Assembly (NCBI GenBank): GCA_026770705.1
Contig: JANJGN010000021.1
Span: 90,458,001 to 90,522,000, forward strand
DNA from: Isurus oxyrinchus
Lineage: Eukaryota
Length of the DNA stretch: 64,000 nucleotides
Direction of reading: 5' to 3'
In this document: positions 53,901 through 64,000 of the stretch, in pieces
Layout of the letters: each line of letters opens with the position of its first letter
How positions within the stretch are numbered: position 1 is the stretch's first letter
The notes under the pieces: generated by a model
Databases searched by the model: none
Told to the model about the DNA's origin: nothing
What the model saw: only the letters and a program-made list of their open reading frames with translations
Made by a program: the position numbers and the translations under genes

Positions 53901-56900
53901 TTCGACTTACTTCGCCGGTGTCAACGCTTTGAAAAAATTACACAACTCATCTCAAACCCGCCCTCCATTCCTTTGAAATATTTCCCCGAAACCCTGTCCC
54001 CAAGACAATCAAATGGTTTCGGAATATTTGGCGAAGTTGCACTGAAGAGTTATTGAATATTCTTCCATCACAAGCGCAATCATATCATTATGTAATGTTC
54101 ATTTGGTTTTGAGTTAATGCACGTTATCGAGTAGAGTGCCTAAATAGTGAAAGGGTGAAAATTAAGAACTTTCGAACAGAAGTAAATTGCGGATTCTGTG
54201 AACTAACTTAAAGTGCAATGGTATCCACCTATTCTGTCAGCAATCATTAGACGAAAATGCTTTCATTAGAGACGTTATAATTCAGGGAACGGAATTCAAT
54301 AAAGGTGCACAACAGTCCAATAGAACACTGAGGCATGGATATTCGTCCATAGGGACATCAAAAAAGTCATGAATTTTCATCGACTGCCTGCTCTACGCAG
54401 CGCCTGATCTGTAACTTCATTGTATTCACGTTATAAATTCATCAGTATTTTGTTTTATTTTTTCACTGTCAGAGGATAATATTTTCATCTGTTTATTTCA
54501 TTTCCAGCGAAATTGAATTTACTCTCCCTGGCGTTCGTTGATTGTTCTCAATGCCTGTGCGTAGGAGTGAATAATTCAGAGGGCAGTCTTAAAATTTGGT
54601 GGGGCACAGAATAATGATATGAACTCTCTGAAGTGCTTTATATGACGTCGGCATTTATTTTGCATTGCATCTCCACACAAGTCAAGTTACATTCGCTTAT
54701 TGTCCCTAGTTTACAATTAGCAACCAAAATCTAATAATAATGGCTCATAAAATCAAGAATCAAATTTACGTATTATCACGTTAAATTAGTTATTCGAAAT
54801 TCAAAGTTGACATTTGTTACTTACCAAGGTTTTTGTTTATTTTACTTCAGTGGAAACCGTTATGGAATTAAAAGGTAACTAGCATTCGAAGCAGCACAAT
54901 ACACCCGTGATCTCGAGCTACTAATCAATTCCGATCATATATTTTTAATATTCCTTTGAACTCCAAAATGAAACAGCAAACTATCAACAAAAGTAAGATA
55001 TGCAGTGCCATGTAACCAGCAGTGAAGTGGTATCACCAACTTTCCTCCATTGGAGAAGTTAAATCATTCCATGGAATTAAAAATCATCGATGGTTCAGGG
55101 CAAACATTCTTGCCCTGGATTTGGCAATGCTTTTCAAATAAATATTGATTCTACATTTAATTATGGTCCTGCTATTTTAGGTCCCGTTTTCGTCTTAAAC
55201 TGGAGATTAATAAATGGGCTACATCAACATGAAAATTTAGAAGAAGCTTCATCAGTTCTACATTGTGCTATTGACCATGAAATATTTCTGAGAGAACAGA
55301 GGATAAATCTCCTAATGCCAACTAGGTTTGTACATGGAAGCAATCCAAGTGCTTCAAAGGTGCAGAATCAGAAAAAAAAGTATGGCTAATCCAGTGCACA
55401 AAAGAAAGTTTAAGTGAACTGTGTATATATGATATAGAATTCCATCGACATTTTAAGCAGACAAACAGACTCATCTGCCAAATGTGTCAATGTTGGTATC
55501 TATGTTTCTCAAGAGCAACCTTCCATCAACTTTAATCTTATCGTATGAACAACTGATTTCACTTTCTCCCTTGACTACGTATAGAGCCTGCCTCATATAA
55601 ATCAATGTGATTCTTCTCTGATTTATCCAACGGACAACACAAGCATGATTATAGATCTTTAGGGACTTCAAGCTGAAACAGTGATTATGAAAAACATTAT
55701 GTTAAAGCAAAAAATACTGACCAAATATTTCCCAGTACTTTAAAGTAATCCTTGATCTGTTGATTTTTTTAAACAATCTAAATTAAATGAGATGGATAAC
55801 TTCAATATGACAGCCTATCCCTCTATTTACAGAACAGCAAAGACGTAATGCAAAATTAGGTAGGAAAACATTTACAGTTTCCTCTAGAGCACATGTTGAA
55901 GATTGACGAAAAGGAGATATGTTGCTCAATCTCGTCACATTCACTCATCAATGCAAGAGCAAAAAAGCAAAATTTTAAACGATCACAGCAATTTATAATC
56001 GTGGGAAAATGATGTTGTTGGGTAGATAAGTCGACGCTGATAATCCACGACATTGCCATCCTGAATATAATAGGAATATATAGGCTCTGCAAGCTCGCTG
56101 GTAATTAAAAAAAAACAATATTGACTAAATTTTTGAGTTTTGCAAGCGTGGGTTGGCTGTGTACAAATTCTAATCTGCCTATAATGTACAACGAAATTAA
56201 CATGTCGTTTGATACGTTCAGACATGCTTTACATCGATTGTCGTATAGAATCAAACAGCATATTTCCTCAGTTGTTCCTGATAGAAAGAACAGAGTGCTT
56301 TGTGACTCAGCATGCGCTTGCAAAAGGCAAAACAAAATGTCAACTGATAGATGTGATAAAGTAATTGTGCAGCCCGTGCTGAATAATTCTAGGTGTGCTA
56401 ATGACTAAACTAACAACCAATTTAATGAAACAAGCCATTCTTATAATGTGGCTCATTTATGCTTGCTAGAAATGGCAAGCATTCATAAGATTGAGCTGCC
56501 CGTACTGAATAATCCTACATGTGCTAGTAACTAAACTGACAACCAATTTAACCTAACATGCTGTTCTGATAATGTGGCTCATTTACATTTGCTAGAAGTG
56601 ACAAGCATTCATATGAAGGCAGCTGACCTCTGTAAACAGCAGACCTATCATTGCCTGGGAACAAAGTAGATGGGTATTGCTGACAAAATGGACATGCTGT
56701 TGAAGCTTTCTATCTTGCACTCATCAGGATGGATGCAAAAATGCCAAACTGAAAAGGGGGCTGCCATTGACCCAGGTTGAGGGAAAAAGTGCTGATAGGT
56801 TGTCAAGTAGAAATTGGCAGGTCGAGCCGTGTACGTGGAAAATGCACCACAGAACTATTGTCCTCCATGTTTTTCTTTAATTCAAAAGAATTGAAATGCA

Positions 56901-59900
56901 TGGACACTTTCCATTTTCTGCAGAGTGCTGGTACCATTATGAATAAATGCAGCTTCTAGCAAGCCTAACTGAGCCACATTGTGAGGTTAACCGTCATTGT
57001 TAAATTGGTTGTTAGTGTAATAGTTAGCAAACTTGCAATTGTTCAGCAGGCTCTTTCCCATCGCAGAATCACATTCAATGTTAAAAATCATAATCTGACC
57101 ATGGCAACTTGCACTGGCTGTGTATACTCAGTGCTCTTACTGTTCCACTCATGTGAGTCTGCGTGCCGCCAATCATTGGGATGTAAGACAAAAATGCATA
57201 GCATCAGACCAGCACGGAAATCCATATGTCATGTGATATGAAACCCAAGCTTGTCTAGCTGGCGAGCATGGAGGACAAGAACTTTAACCTCTGACAGACC
57301 TTGCAACGTTCGATCGTGAGAGACCAGCACATGCACAGAGCCGCATTTTTACATTATACAATGCCCAGTTGGCTTTTGTCTTAGGGTGCAGAAAGTCCAG
57401 GTTAGGTGACCGAGAGTGGAGCACCACCGCAGGCAAGTGTCCCAGGCAGGGGGCAAGGAGAGTGAACAATGAAAGGTCCCAAAGTAGAGGTGAAAATCCA
57501 AAAGTTTCAAAAGGGGCGAGAGGACAGTGATATGAAAATGTCCCAGTTCAGTTAGAAAGAGAACAGCAGAGAAACAGGCTCCAAAAACGAACATGACAAT
57601 GGGGAGCAGTGAAGAAGACAGCCAGAGGTTTCTGACTGTCTGCTACAGGCCGTTGGGCAAAACTACACTGATGGATCAATCTTTTTCTGCTCCATGTGGC
57701 CAAAGACCTGAAATTTTGCTGGTGAGTTGGCTGTTGAGTTCATGGTTGGAACTCCAAGGAAAAAGGATCTCTAAACTCGGGATTGAAATACTGGGCGCCC
57801 GTTGATGCCACCTGAATCTGGTAGTTGAAGAAAACACAGAAAAAAGATCGAAAACCCAAGAAGACTGCTAAAAGATCGTGAATCCGTGCTGGAGACCATT
57901 CGGCCAATAGTGCACCTTTGAAGCAATAGTGCTCTGCTCACGATAGCCGAAGATGTGAAGTTATGCTTGAGAGTTAGTGCTTGAATGAATGCTTGGTAGT
58001 CTAGGGGGAATAAATATCGGAGGATGCGTTTGAAACCTTGTGAGGTGGGCAATTATGGCTACCGTCCGAGCTGAAGCCATATTTAGGGCGGAATCAAAGG
58101 CGTTATGTTTGAATGTGTGTACTGGGCTCCTTCGTGAGAGAGGCAGAGTTTCAACAAGATTTTTTGACTCACAGTATTACTTACAATCTGGGAGGCTTTT
58201 TGAGGAATCCATGGACGTTAACTTCGGGTCATCATCATTTCTTGTGAAATGTGGTGCGGTCGAATACAGTTGGCTTGTTAACTCATATGTAGTTCAGATT
58301 TACTTTGGATGCATGAGCATAGGATAGATTTTGCATCTTGTTTTATGTTTTTGACATTGTACAGTAAAGTTGATAATTGTTCAAAGCATATGGAATAATT
58401 GCCTATAATCTAGAACTTTGGCTACTTTAGAACAAAATGTTATTGGTCCATAACAGGATCTTACCAGCAGGTTAAGAGCCTGATCTACAATCAGTGCATA
58501 AGCTATTCATTTGTATGGCAGTCAGAAAATCTTTTTAAATTGACAGCAACTTCCTGACAGTGAGACTTTCAATTGAGTGCTACTGCACAGTAGCAGCTTG
58601 ACATCGCTAGCTTCACGTGCAACTCACTTTTACAAAATACTTCACTCTTACAGGGTAACTGGAGATAGATTGGGCACTTGTCAGGGTTGAGGTGGCGTCC
58701 TTTTGGACGTTTGTCAAGGAGTGCAACTGATTCAATTCAATGATCGCAATATCTATTGTCCTGTTGGATAGCTTTGATGTGCCCGATTTCAGTGTCTGTC
58801 TTGTATAATGGGCAAATGGCTCCAAACCCATTTTCGAGATTGCCAATGTGGACAAACTTAAAATCGGTGGACAAAAACAGAATTACCTGGAAAAACTCAG
58901 TAGGTCTGGCAGCATCGGCGGAGGAGAAAAGAGTTGACGTTTCGAGTCCTCATGACCCTTCGACAGAACTTGATTTCGAGTCCAGGAAAGAGTTGAAATA
59001 TAAGCTGGTTTAAGGTGTGGGGGGGGGGGGGGGGGGAAGGAGAGAGAGAGAGAGACAGAGGTGCTTGTGTAGACAAACAAGCAGTGATAGAAGCAGATCA
59101 TCAAAAGATGTCAGTAACAATGGTACCAAAGAACACATAGGTGTTAAAGTTAAAGTTGGTGATATTATCTAAACGAATGTGCTAATTAAGAATGGATGGT
59201 AGGGCACTCAAGGTACAGCTCTAGTGGGGGTGGGGGGAGCATAAAGGATTTTAAAATATTTAAAAATAATGGAAATAGGTGGGAAAAGAAAAATCTATAA
59301 AATTTATAGGGAAAAAAAAGGGGGAAAAAAGGGGGAAACAGAAAGGGGGTGGGGATGGGGGAGGGAGCTCACGACCTAAAGTTATTGAATTCAATATTCA
59401 GACCGGAAGGCTGTAAGGTGCCTAGTCGGAAGATGAGGTGTTGTTCCTCCAGTTTGCGTTGGGCTTCACTGGAACAATGCAGTAAGCCAAGGACAGACAT
59501 GTGGGCAAGAGAGCAGGGTGGAGTGTTAAAATGGCAAGCCACAGGGAGGTTTGGGTCATTCTTGCGGACAGACCGCAGGTGTTCTGCAAAGCGGTCGCCC
59601 AGTTTACGTTTGGTCTCTCCAATGTAGAGGAGACCACATTGGGAGCAACGAATGCAGTAGACTAAGTTGGGTGAAATGCAAGTGAAATGCTGCTTCACTT
59701 GAAAGGAATGTTTGGGCCCTTGGACGGTGAGGAGAGAGGAAGTGAAGGGGCAGGTAAAGGTCTGAATATTGAATTCAATAACTTTAGGTCGTGAGCTCCC
59801 TCCCCCATCCCCACCCCCTTTCTGTTTCCCCCTTTTTTCCCCCTTTTTTTTCCCTATAAATTTTATAGATTTTTCTTTTCCCACCTATTTCCATTATTTT

Positions 59901-60955
59901 TAAATATTTTAAAATCCTTTATGCTCCCCCCACCCCCACTAGAGCTGTACCTTGAGTGCCCTACCATCCATTCTTAATTAGCACATTCGTTTAGATAATA
60001 TCACCAACTTTAACTTTAACACCTATGTGTTCTTTGGTACCATTGTTACTGACATCTTTTGATGATCTGCTTCTATCACTGCTTGTTTGTCTACACAAGC
60101 ACCTCTGTCTCTCTCTCTCTCTCCTTCCCCCCCCCCCCCCCCCCCCCACACCTTAAACCAGCTTATATTTCAACTCTTTCCTGGACTCGAAATCAAGTTC
60201 TGTCGAAGGGTCATGAGGACTCGAAACGTCAACTCTTTTCTCCTCCGCCGATGCTGCCAGACCTACTGAGTTTTTCCAGGTAATTCTGTTTTTGTTTTAG
60301 ATTTCCAGCATCCGCAGTTTTCTTTGTTTTTAAAATCGGTGGAGCTGTAATAACCCCAATGAATCTCTTGGTCAGTGAATGTAGGCTTGCATTAGAGAGA
60401 AGTATGGAATCTTTCAGAGGATATATCGATTACAGAGTCGAGGGACAGGAGCTCTTTAGGCTGCTCAATTTTAAAGAAGAGTTTCAGTCTTGGACGGAAC
60501 ACATGAAGATGTGCAAGGAAAGGCTTATATGTAGATGCAGACTGAAACATAGCAAAAGTATAAAAAGAATGTTTTCAAGTTTTGCACATTTGTTTTTTAT
60601 TAGCTGTGAGCTTAGAGAGCCGACAGCTCCACTTCCTTACTTCACAACTTTTCGGTCAATCAGAGTCGACTTGCAAACAAACAGCACCACCTTCACCTCT
60701 ATAAAGATTGATAATTAATTGTTACCAACATGTATGTGTAGTTATTACACTTATCTTGTTAAAAAGTGAAATACGGTTCTTTATGCCCTGCCCATGTTCT
60801 CTGCAAAGACACAGATTCATTTCAGCAACGTCCTTAAGTATAATACATCTTCATCTTTTAAACAAATGCGAACGATATTCATGCTCTTTTTTGTGTAATT
60901 CGGTATTGATTTTATTCTCTATCTCCAGAAAGCAAGCTTGAAGCAAAGATGGACG
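41906..60955 (+). CDS. Putative spliced micro-exon chain (unit 3): hydrophobic segment plus coiled-coil-like peptide, partial gene model
   Basis: Exons 41906-41929, 43126-43203, 43453-43479, 45359-45382, 46111-46137, 53726-53752, 54851-54874 and 60929-60955 are all AG/GT bounded and multiples of 3. Spliced in phase 1: xENTEKNA-DKAWRNSATSLIRMPLLLVAVYAIKE-ENIILREQL-AEKTQQIA-DLEEIQASS-NDGNLQAKF-METVMELK-ESKLEAKMD, with no stops. Confidence 0.55.
43126..43203 (+). CDS. 78-nt hydrophobic exon (88 nt from the upstream AG, start 43116); signal-peptide or TM-like
   Basis: ttcttcttag|ATGCATGCAG|ACAAAGC...AAAGAGG|gtaaga; both AGs and the donor are conserved in all three units. Confidence 0.5.
43453..43479 (+). 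CDS. 27-nt micro-exon B (ENIILREQL)
   Basis: ttatatttcag|AGAATATTATCCTGCGGGAACAGCTTG|gtaaag. Confidence 0.6.
44438..44689 (+). other. 252-nt exon-like, GC-richer block of uncertain frame
   Basis: aattag|AGCC...TTCCA|gtaagg. Only the phase-2 Cys-rich frame is open in unit 3; the copies at 3999-4249 and ~23761-24010 have stops or indels. Confidence 0.3.
45359..45382 (+). CDS. 24-nt micro-exon C (AEKTQQIA)
   Basis: tgtttcaccag|CTGAAAAGACGCAGCAAATCGCAG|gtaatc; intact in all three units. Confidence 0.6.
46111..46137 (+). CDS. 27-nt micro-exon D (DLEEIQASS)
   Basis: ctttgttctcag|ATTTAGAGGAAATACAAGCATCTTCGA|gtaaga. Confidence 0.55.
46325..46523 (+). mobile_element. Short CR1 3'-end insertion, unit 3 only
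   Basis: 'gggccgaagtgcctgttcctgtgctgta' with a (TTCTTTG)n tail; TSD GTAAT at 46320-46324 and 46524-46528; empty site at ~25655. Confidence 0.85.
51440..52330 (-). mobile_element. LINE 3' region, minus strand
   Basis: Reverse complement of the family at 52560-53520. Confidence 0.7.
53726..53752 (+). CDS. 27-nt micro-exon F (xDGNLQAKF)
   Basis: tttgctctctttcag|ACGATGGAAATCTCCAGGCCAAATTTA|gtaaag; AG/GT kept in all three units, donor weak. Confidence 0.5.
54851..54874 (+). CDS. 24-nt micro-exon G (xETVMELK)
   Basis: ttttacttcag|TGGAAACCGTTATGGAATTAAAAG|gtaact. Confidence 0.55.
56373..56613 (+). repeat. ~125-bp diverged tandem duplication inside the old Penelope
   Basis: 'gcccgt.ctgaataat...aatgtggctcattta...caagcattcata' occurs twice; once in unit 2. 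Confidence 0.8.
56703..56730 (-). ncRNA. Decayed hammerhead motif of the old Penelope family
   Basis: Minus strand reads CCTGATGAGTGCAAGATAGAAAGCTT; partial copies at ~14500, ~30715 and ~31370. Confidence 0.45.
58872..60329 (-). mobile_element. Young 5'-truncated Penelope-like element with inverted pLTR arms and GIY-YIG endonuclease fragment
   Basis: ORF 59369-59884 'NLVYCIRCSQCGLLYIGETKRKLGDRFAEH...VACHFN...EQHLI...GLN'; arms at 58871-59404 and 59759-60295; TSD TTAAAATCGGTGGA at 58858-58871 and 60330-60343. Confidence 0.95.
60196..60234 (+). ncRNA. Minimal type-I hammerhead-ribozyme motif with variant core; mirror copy at 58932-58970 (-)
   Basis: Stem I AGTT/AACT; core CTGTCGA; stem II GGGTC-ATGAG-GACTC; GAAA; palindromic ACGT stem III; GTC triplet at 60228-60230. 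Confidence 0.65.
60929..60955 (+). CDS. 27-nt micro-exon H (ESKLEAKMD)
   Basis: ttctctatctccag|AAAGCAAGCTTGAAGCAAAGATGGACG|gtgagg. Confidence 0.55.
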
Positions 60956-63900
60956 GTGAGGGCATCATGTATTTTTATCTATGTTCCATGTTTTTTGAAT
61001 TATTTGCAAACATTTCATTTTTATAGGACAAAAATGAACTGCTGATCGGATACCCTCGAATTATGCCCCCGCCAGAATACAGCGTGCTTATAGAATAGTT
61101 GAAATGCATGGTTGCAGATCAGCAGTTGGCTCCGCATTGATCGGTTTATTGTTTACTGATATTGCTTGAAAATGAAAACAACATTAGCTCCCTTTCAGAA
61201 TAAAACCAGGAAATGCTGGAAAAATTCAGCAGGTTTAACAGCATCTGTGTAGCGCAAGACAGATTTACTGTTTCGAGTACGAATGGCACTTCTTCTGACT
61301 CTCTCTTCATCCGGATTCGAAACATTATCTGTGTGTTTCTCTCCATAGATGCTCTCAGACCTGCTGAGTTTTTCTATTATTTTCTGGCTTTGTTTTAGAT
61401 TTCCAGCATCTGCAGAATATTGATTTCATCCTGCTGCACTCTCCCTTTCGCTGTAAAGGTTGAAACACACCAGCATTTCTTGACTTCTAGTTAGATCCGC
61501 AAAATATCTCAATTGATACGGAAACAGTGAATGATTTTGAAATACAGTTAGCGTTTTAATGTCGGCAGCACAGCAACCAATTTGCTCAGAGCCATTTGCC
61601 AGAAATAGCAATTTAAAAATAACCTGATCATCTGTTGTGGTCAGCATAAATTTTTGGCCAGATCACCAGTAGTGAATTGCCAAATATATATTTGAAAAAA
61701 GTTCCAGCGGAGAGTTATGCCTACCTAGGAAGTGAGATTGCACATCGTGTTAATGCCCCATGCAAAATATGTTTTTATCCCATATGTTCCCATCAAAAGT
61801 CGTTGCAAATCTGTATTTTCCACTTCAGCTGTTTCTTGTGTGAGTTAACTTAGAAATGATGCAGTACACTAAAGAGAAACGTTGACACACAAGGAAAACA
61901 AAAATATATATAGAAGGGGCAATTTTAATTTTGGGCTTTAGTCTGAAATGTGAAAAAGGGATTATGGTTCAGCTGCCGCTTACAAATCTCTGCTCGCCGT
62001 TATTTCCAGTGATGATCACTGAAACTATTGTCTCAACTAAAGGGACTGATTCCTTCTCTTCCATTCTTTATTTACAAGATATTCAAGATCCCCTTATAGT
62101 CTGAAAGAACTCTTAGGTTTCTGGCAGAAATGCGAAATTTAGCTACTACCAACTAAACATATTTTATGCTGTGAGAATGCAATCCTCACATAGAGCCATC
62201 AACTCTAACCTTCCTGGTCGCGCGCTTTCCATGTATTTTGCAGTTTAATATTTTCTACTATGACTATGTCAACCTCTGTACGAAATCCTGATAGAATCAG
62301 TGTTAAGAGCTATTAGGAAAGCACACCACTAAATCATCCTAGGAGCATCGTAATGTAAATGCGCATGCGCCTTGATAATATAATATCGACACAAATGAGT
62401 GTCATAACATGAGTAATATTTGTGCTGGGATTGGGACTAAAAGGGAATGCTAACCGATTATTTCTCAGCAAACTCCGCGATTACTTCTCTCAAACTAACA
62501 GTAATAACAGTATAACTTTCAATCGCATGAGCGCGGGTATCATGAAGTTGCGTTTGTAAGTCAGAGATTCAATTCAGGAAGCACTGAAGTCCAGTTCTCC
62601 GTGCTCCACGTCCGGCACATCTGGTGACCATGGAATTCTCCAGAATTTCGACTTTTCCCAAATCACTTTTGCAAAGACACTTGTGCAATCAGCTAAGTGC
62701 GTTTTCTGCAAAAATGTGGTTATGGTGTTGGAAAGAGATTATAATCGGCCCTATATGAAGAGTGAGCAATTGATTGCTTAGTAAGTTTTCCATTATGTCC
62801 CAAAAACTGGAAGAGTAGGTCCGCTTTTACATTCACCCGTGTGCAAGACCCATTTTCAATCTACTGTAAATATAAAAATGCGATTTTGTTTTGCTTTCTT
62901 CATTGGCATTTCATACGGTAGCTACAGTATGATAATTGTTTGGCTGCTTCGGAAACTTCTGATATCACTACAAATCCATGCTGTGACTGTCCACCAAAAA
63001 GGTTTCAATTGGTTGCAGTATGATTGCAGAAAGATAGGGCTGGTACTTTTCTAGAATGATCATTGGATGTCTCAATTAGGCCTACGTTAATGTTTGCAAG
63101 CTTCTTCAATGACCAAACAAAGGGATTAATTTATGTCCACCTGTACTGCAACACGGGCATTGTGATTCCATGTCCACTGCATGTTTAGTGAATAAGCTGC
63201 AGGAAAATAAGTTGTTAGAGCAACTTATCAGGCACCGTGCAAATCAGTATGTTTCTGTTCTCTGCTGGTCTGATACTTCCGAGTATGCAGCAACTATAGA
63301 CCCCACTGCATGCTACGATTCTCCAAACCAAATGCTGCATCGAATGTCTTCTAAGATTTCGCGCTTTTGGCTGTTAAAGAATTGAACAATGCAGCGACCA
63401 CCGTGGAAGTGTTTCGAAGTGGATAAGAGTTTTGGGTAGTGAGTCCTCTTCACCTGTTGTATTATGGTAAGTTTGAATATCTAACATTTCATTGAATTTT
63501 AGTGAATACATGTCTGTAGGAGTGAGAGTGTGAATGGGTGAATGGTTGACTGGGTGCATGAGGGAGTGGGTAACGTGCTGATCAATGTAGGCAGTTAATT
63601 TGGTGAGGAAGGTAAATGGTAATCATGGTTCTGGTGGATGAGCTGGTTAGATTCATGAGGTGGTTGAGTGGTTAGCGTTAGTGTGTAGATGGTTTGAAGA
63701 AGGGGAATGTTTTGGGCAGGTGGGTGAATGGGTTTGGTGGGTGGCTAAGTCGGATGGGCGTTGTAGTTGTTTTGATGTGTGATGTGGTAGTTGTGTGTGG
63801 TGCGTGGCTGGTGAGGGGAATGTGCTTGAGGTGGCTGGTAGGTAGTTGTTGGATCAGGAGTGTAGTTGAGCACCTGTGTAGATGGGTGAGAGATCAGGTT

Positions 63901-64000
63901 AGTAACTGCGTGCCATGGATAACTTGGTGAAGTGGGTACGTGAGTAAGCGGTCTGGTTGCCCTTTTGTAGTTGGATTGATTAAGGGTGAAAAATGGTATG

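Larger units (their letters stand above)
41585..64000. repeat. Unit 3 of the tandem duplication (runs off the window end)
   Basis: Most complete copy. It ends in the GT-rich tract equivalent to 36900-37420, so it continues past 64000. Confidence 0.92.

Noticed and set aside
55090-55389. 99-aa + ORF, and an antisense ankyrin-like 'NVELMKLLLNFHVDV'
   Set aside because: The + ORF is broken by stops or frameshifts in units 1 and 2, and the antisense frame has a stop shared by all copies.
58883-59104. Twin ORFs 'MMICFYHC...PPPPP' (also 60059-60283)
   Set aside because: A by-product of the inverted repeat arms and poly-G/GA tracts; this is non-coding pLTR sequence.
1-64000. Shark Ig/TCR V-D-J-C cluster, suggested by the ~20-kb unit size
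   Set aside because: I saw no Ig-domain exon, and the few CACAGTG heptamers (e.g. ~23988, ~53381) lack a properly spaced nonamer.
1-64000. Prokaryotic features (operons, CRISPR arrays), rRNA or tRNA genes
   Set aside because: There is no coding density, no regularly spaced short repeats and no recognisable structural RNA genes; the content is vertebrate intronic and TE DNA.

Overview
Eukaryotic, AT-rich vertebrate DNA, most likely a shark or other cartilaginous fish, inferred from its CR1/L2 LINE, DeuSINE-like and Penelope repeats. There is no long intact ORF: almost every entry in the ORF track is retroelement debris or noise. The window is a head-to-tail array of an old ~20-22 kb unit (about 1220-20925, 20926-41584 and 41585 to beyond 64000, plus the tail of a further unit at 1-1219). 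Copies are about 80% identical where I counted by eye, and each has its own deletions and insertions. Hidden in each unit is a chain of + strand, symmetric phase-1 micro-exons (24 or 27 nt, plus a 78/88-nt hydrophobic exon) with polypyrimidine-AG acceptors and GT donors. In unit 3 they splice into a stop-free, coiled-coil-like peptide (...ENIILREQLAEKTQQIADLEEIQASS...). This putative micro-exon gene is the best candidate for an undescribed system, but it is inferred from sequence only. Unit 3 also carries a very young Penelope-like insertion with ~535-bp inverted arms, a GIY-YIG fragment, a 14-bp TSD and hammerhead motifs with a non-canonical CUGUCGA core. TE boundaries are approximate.
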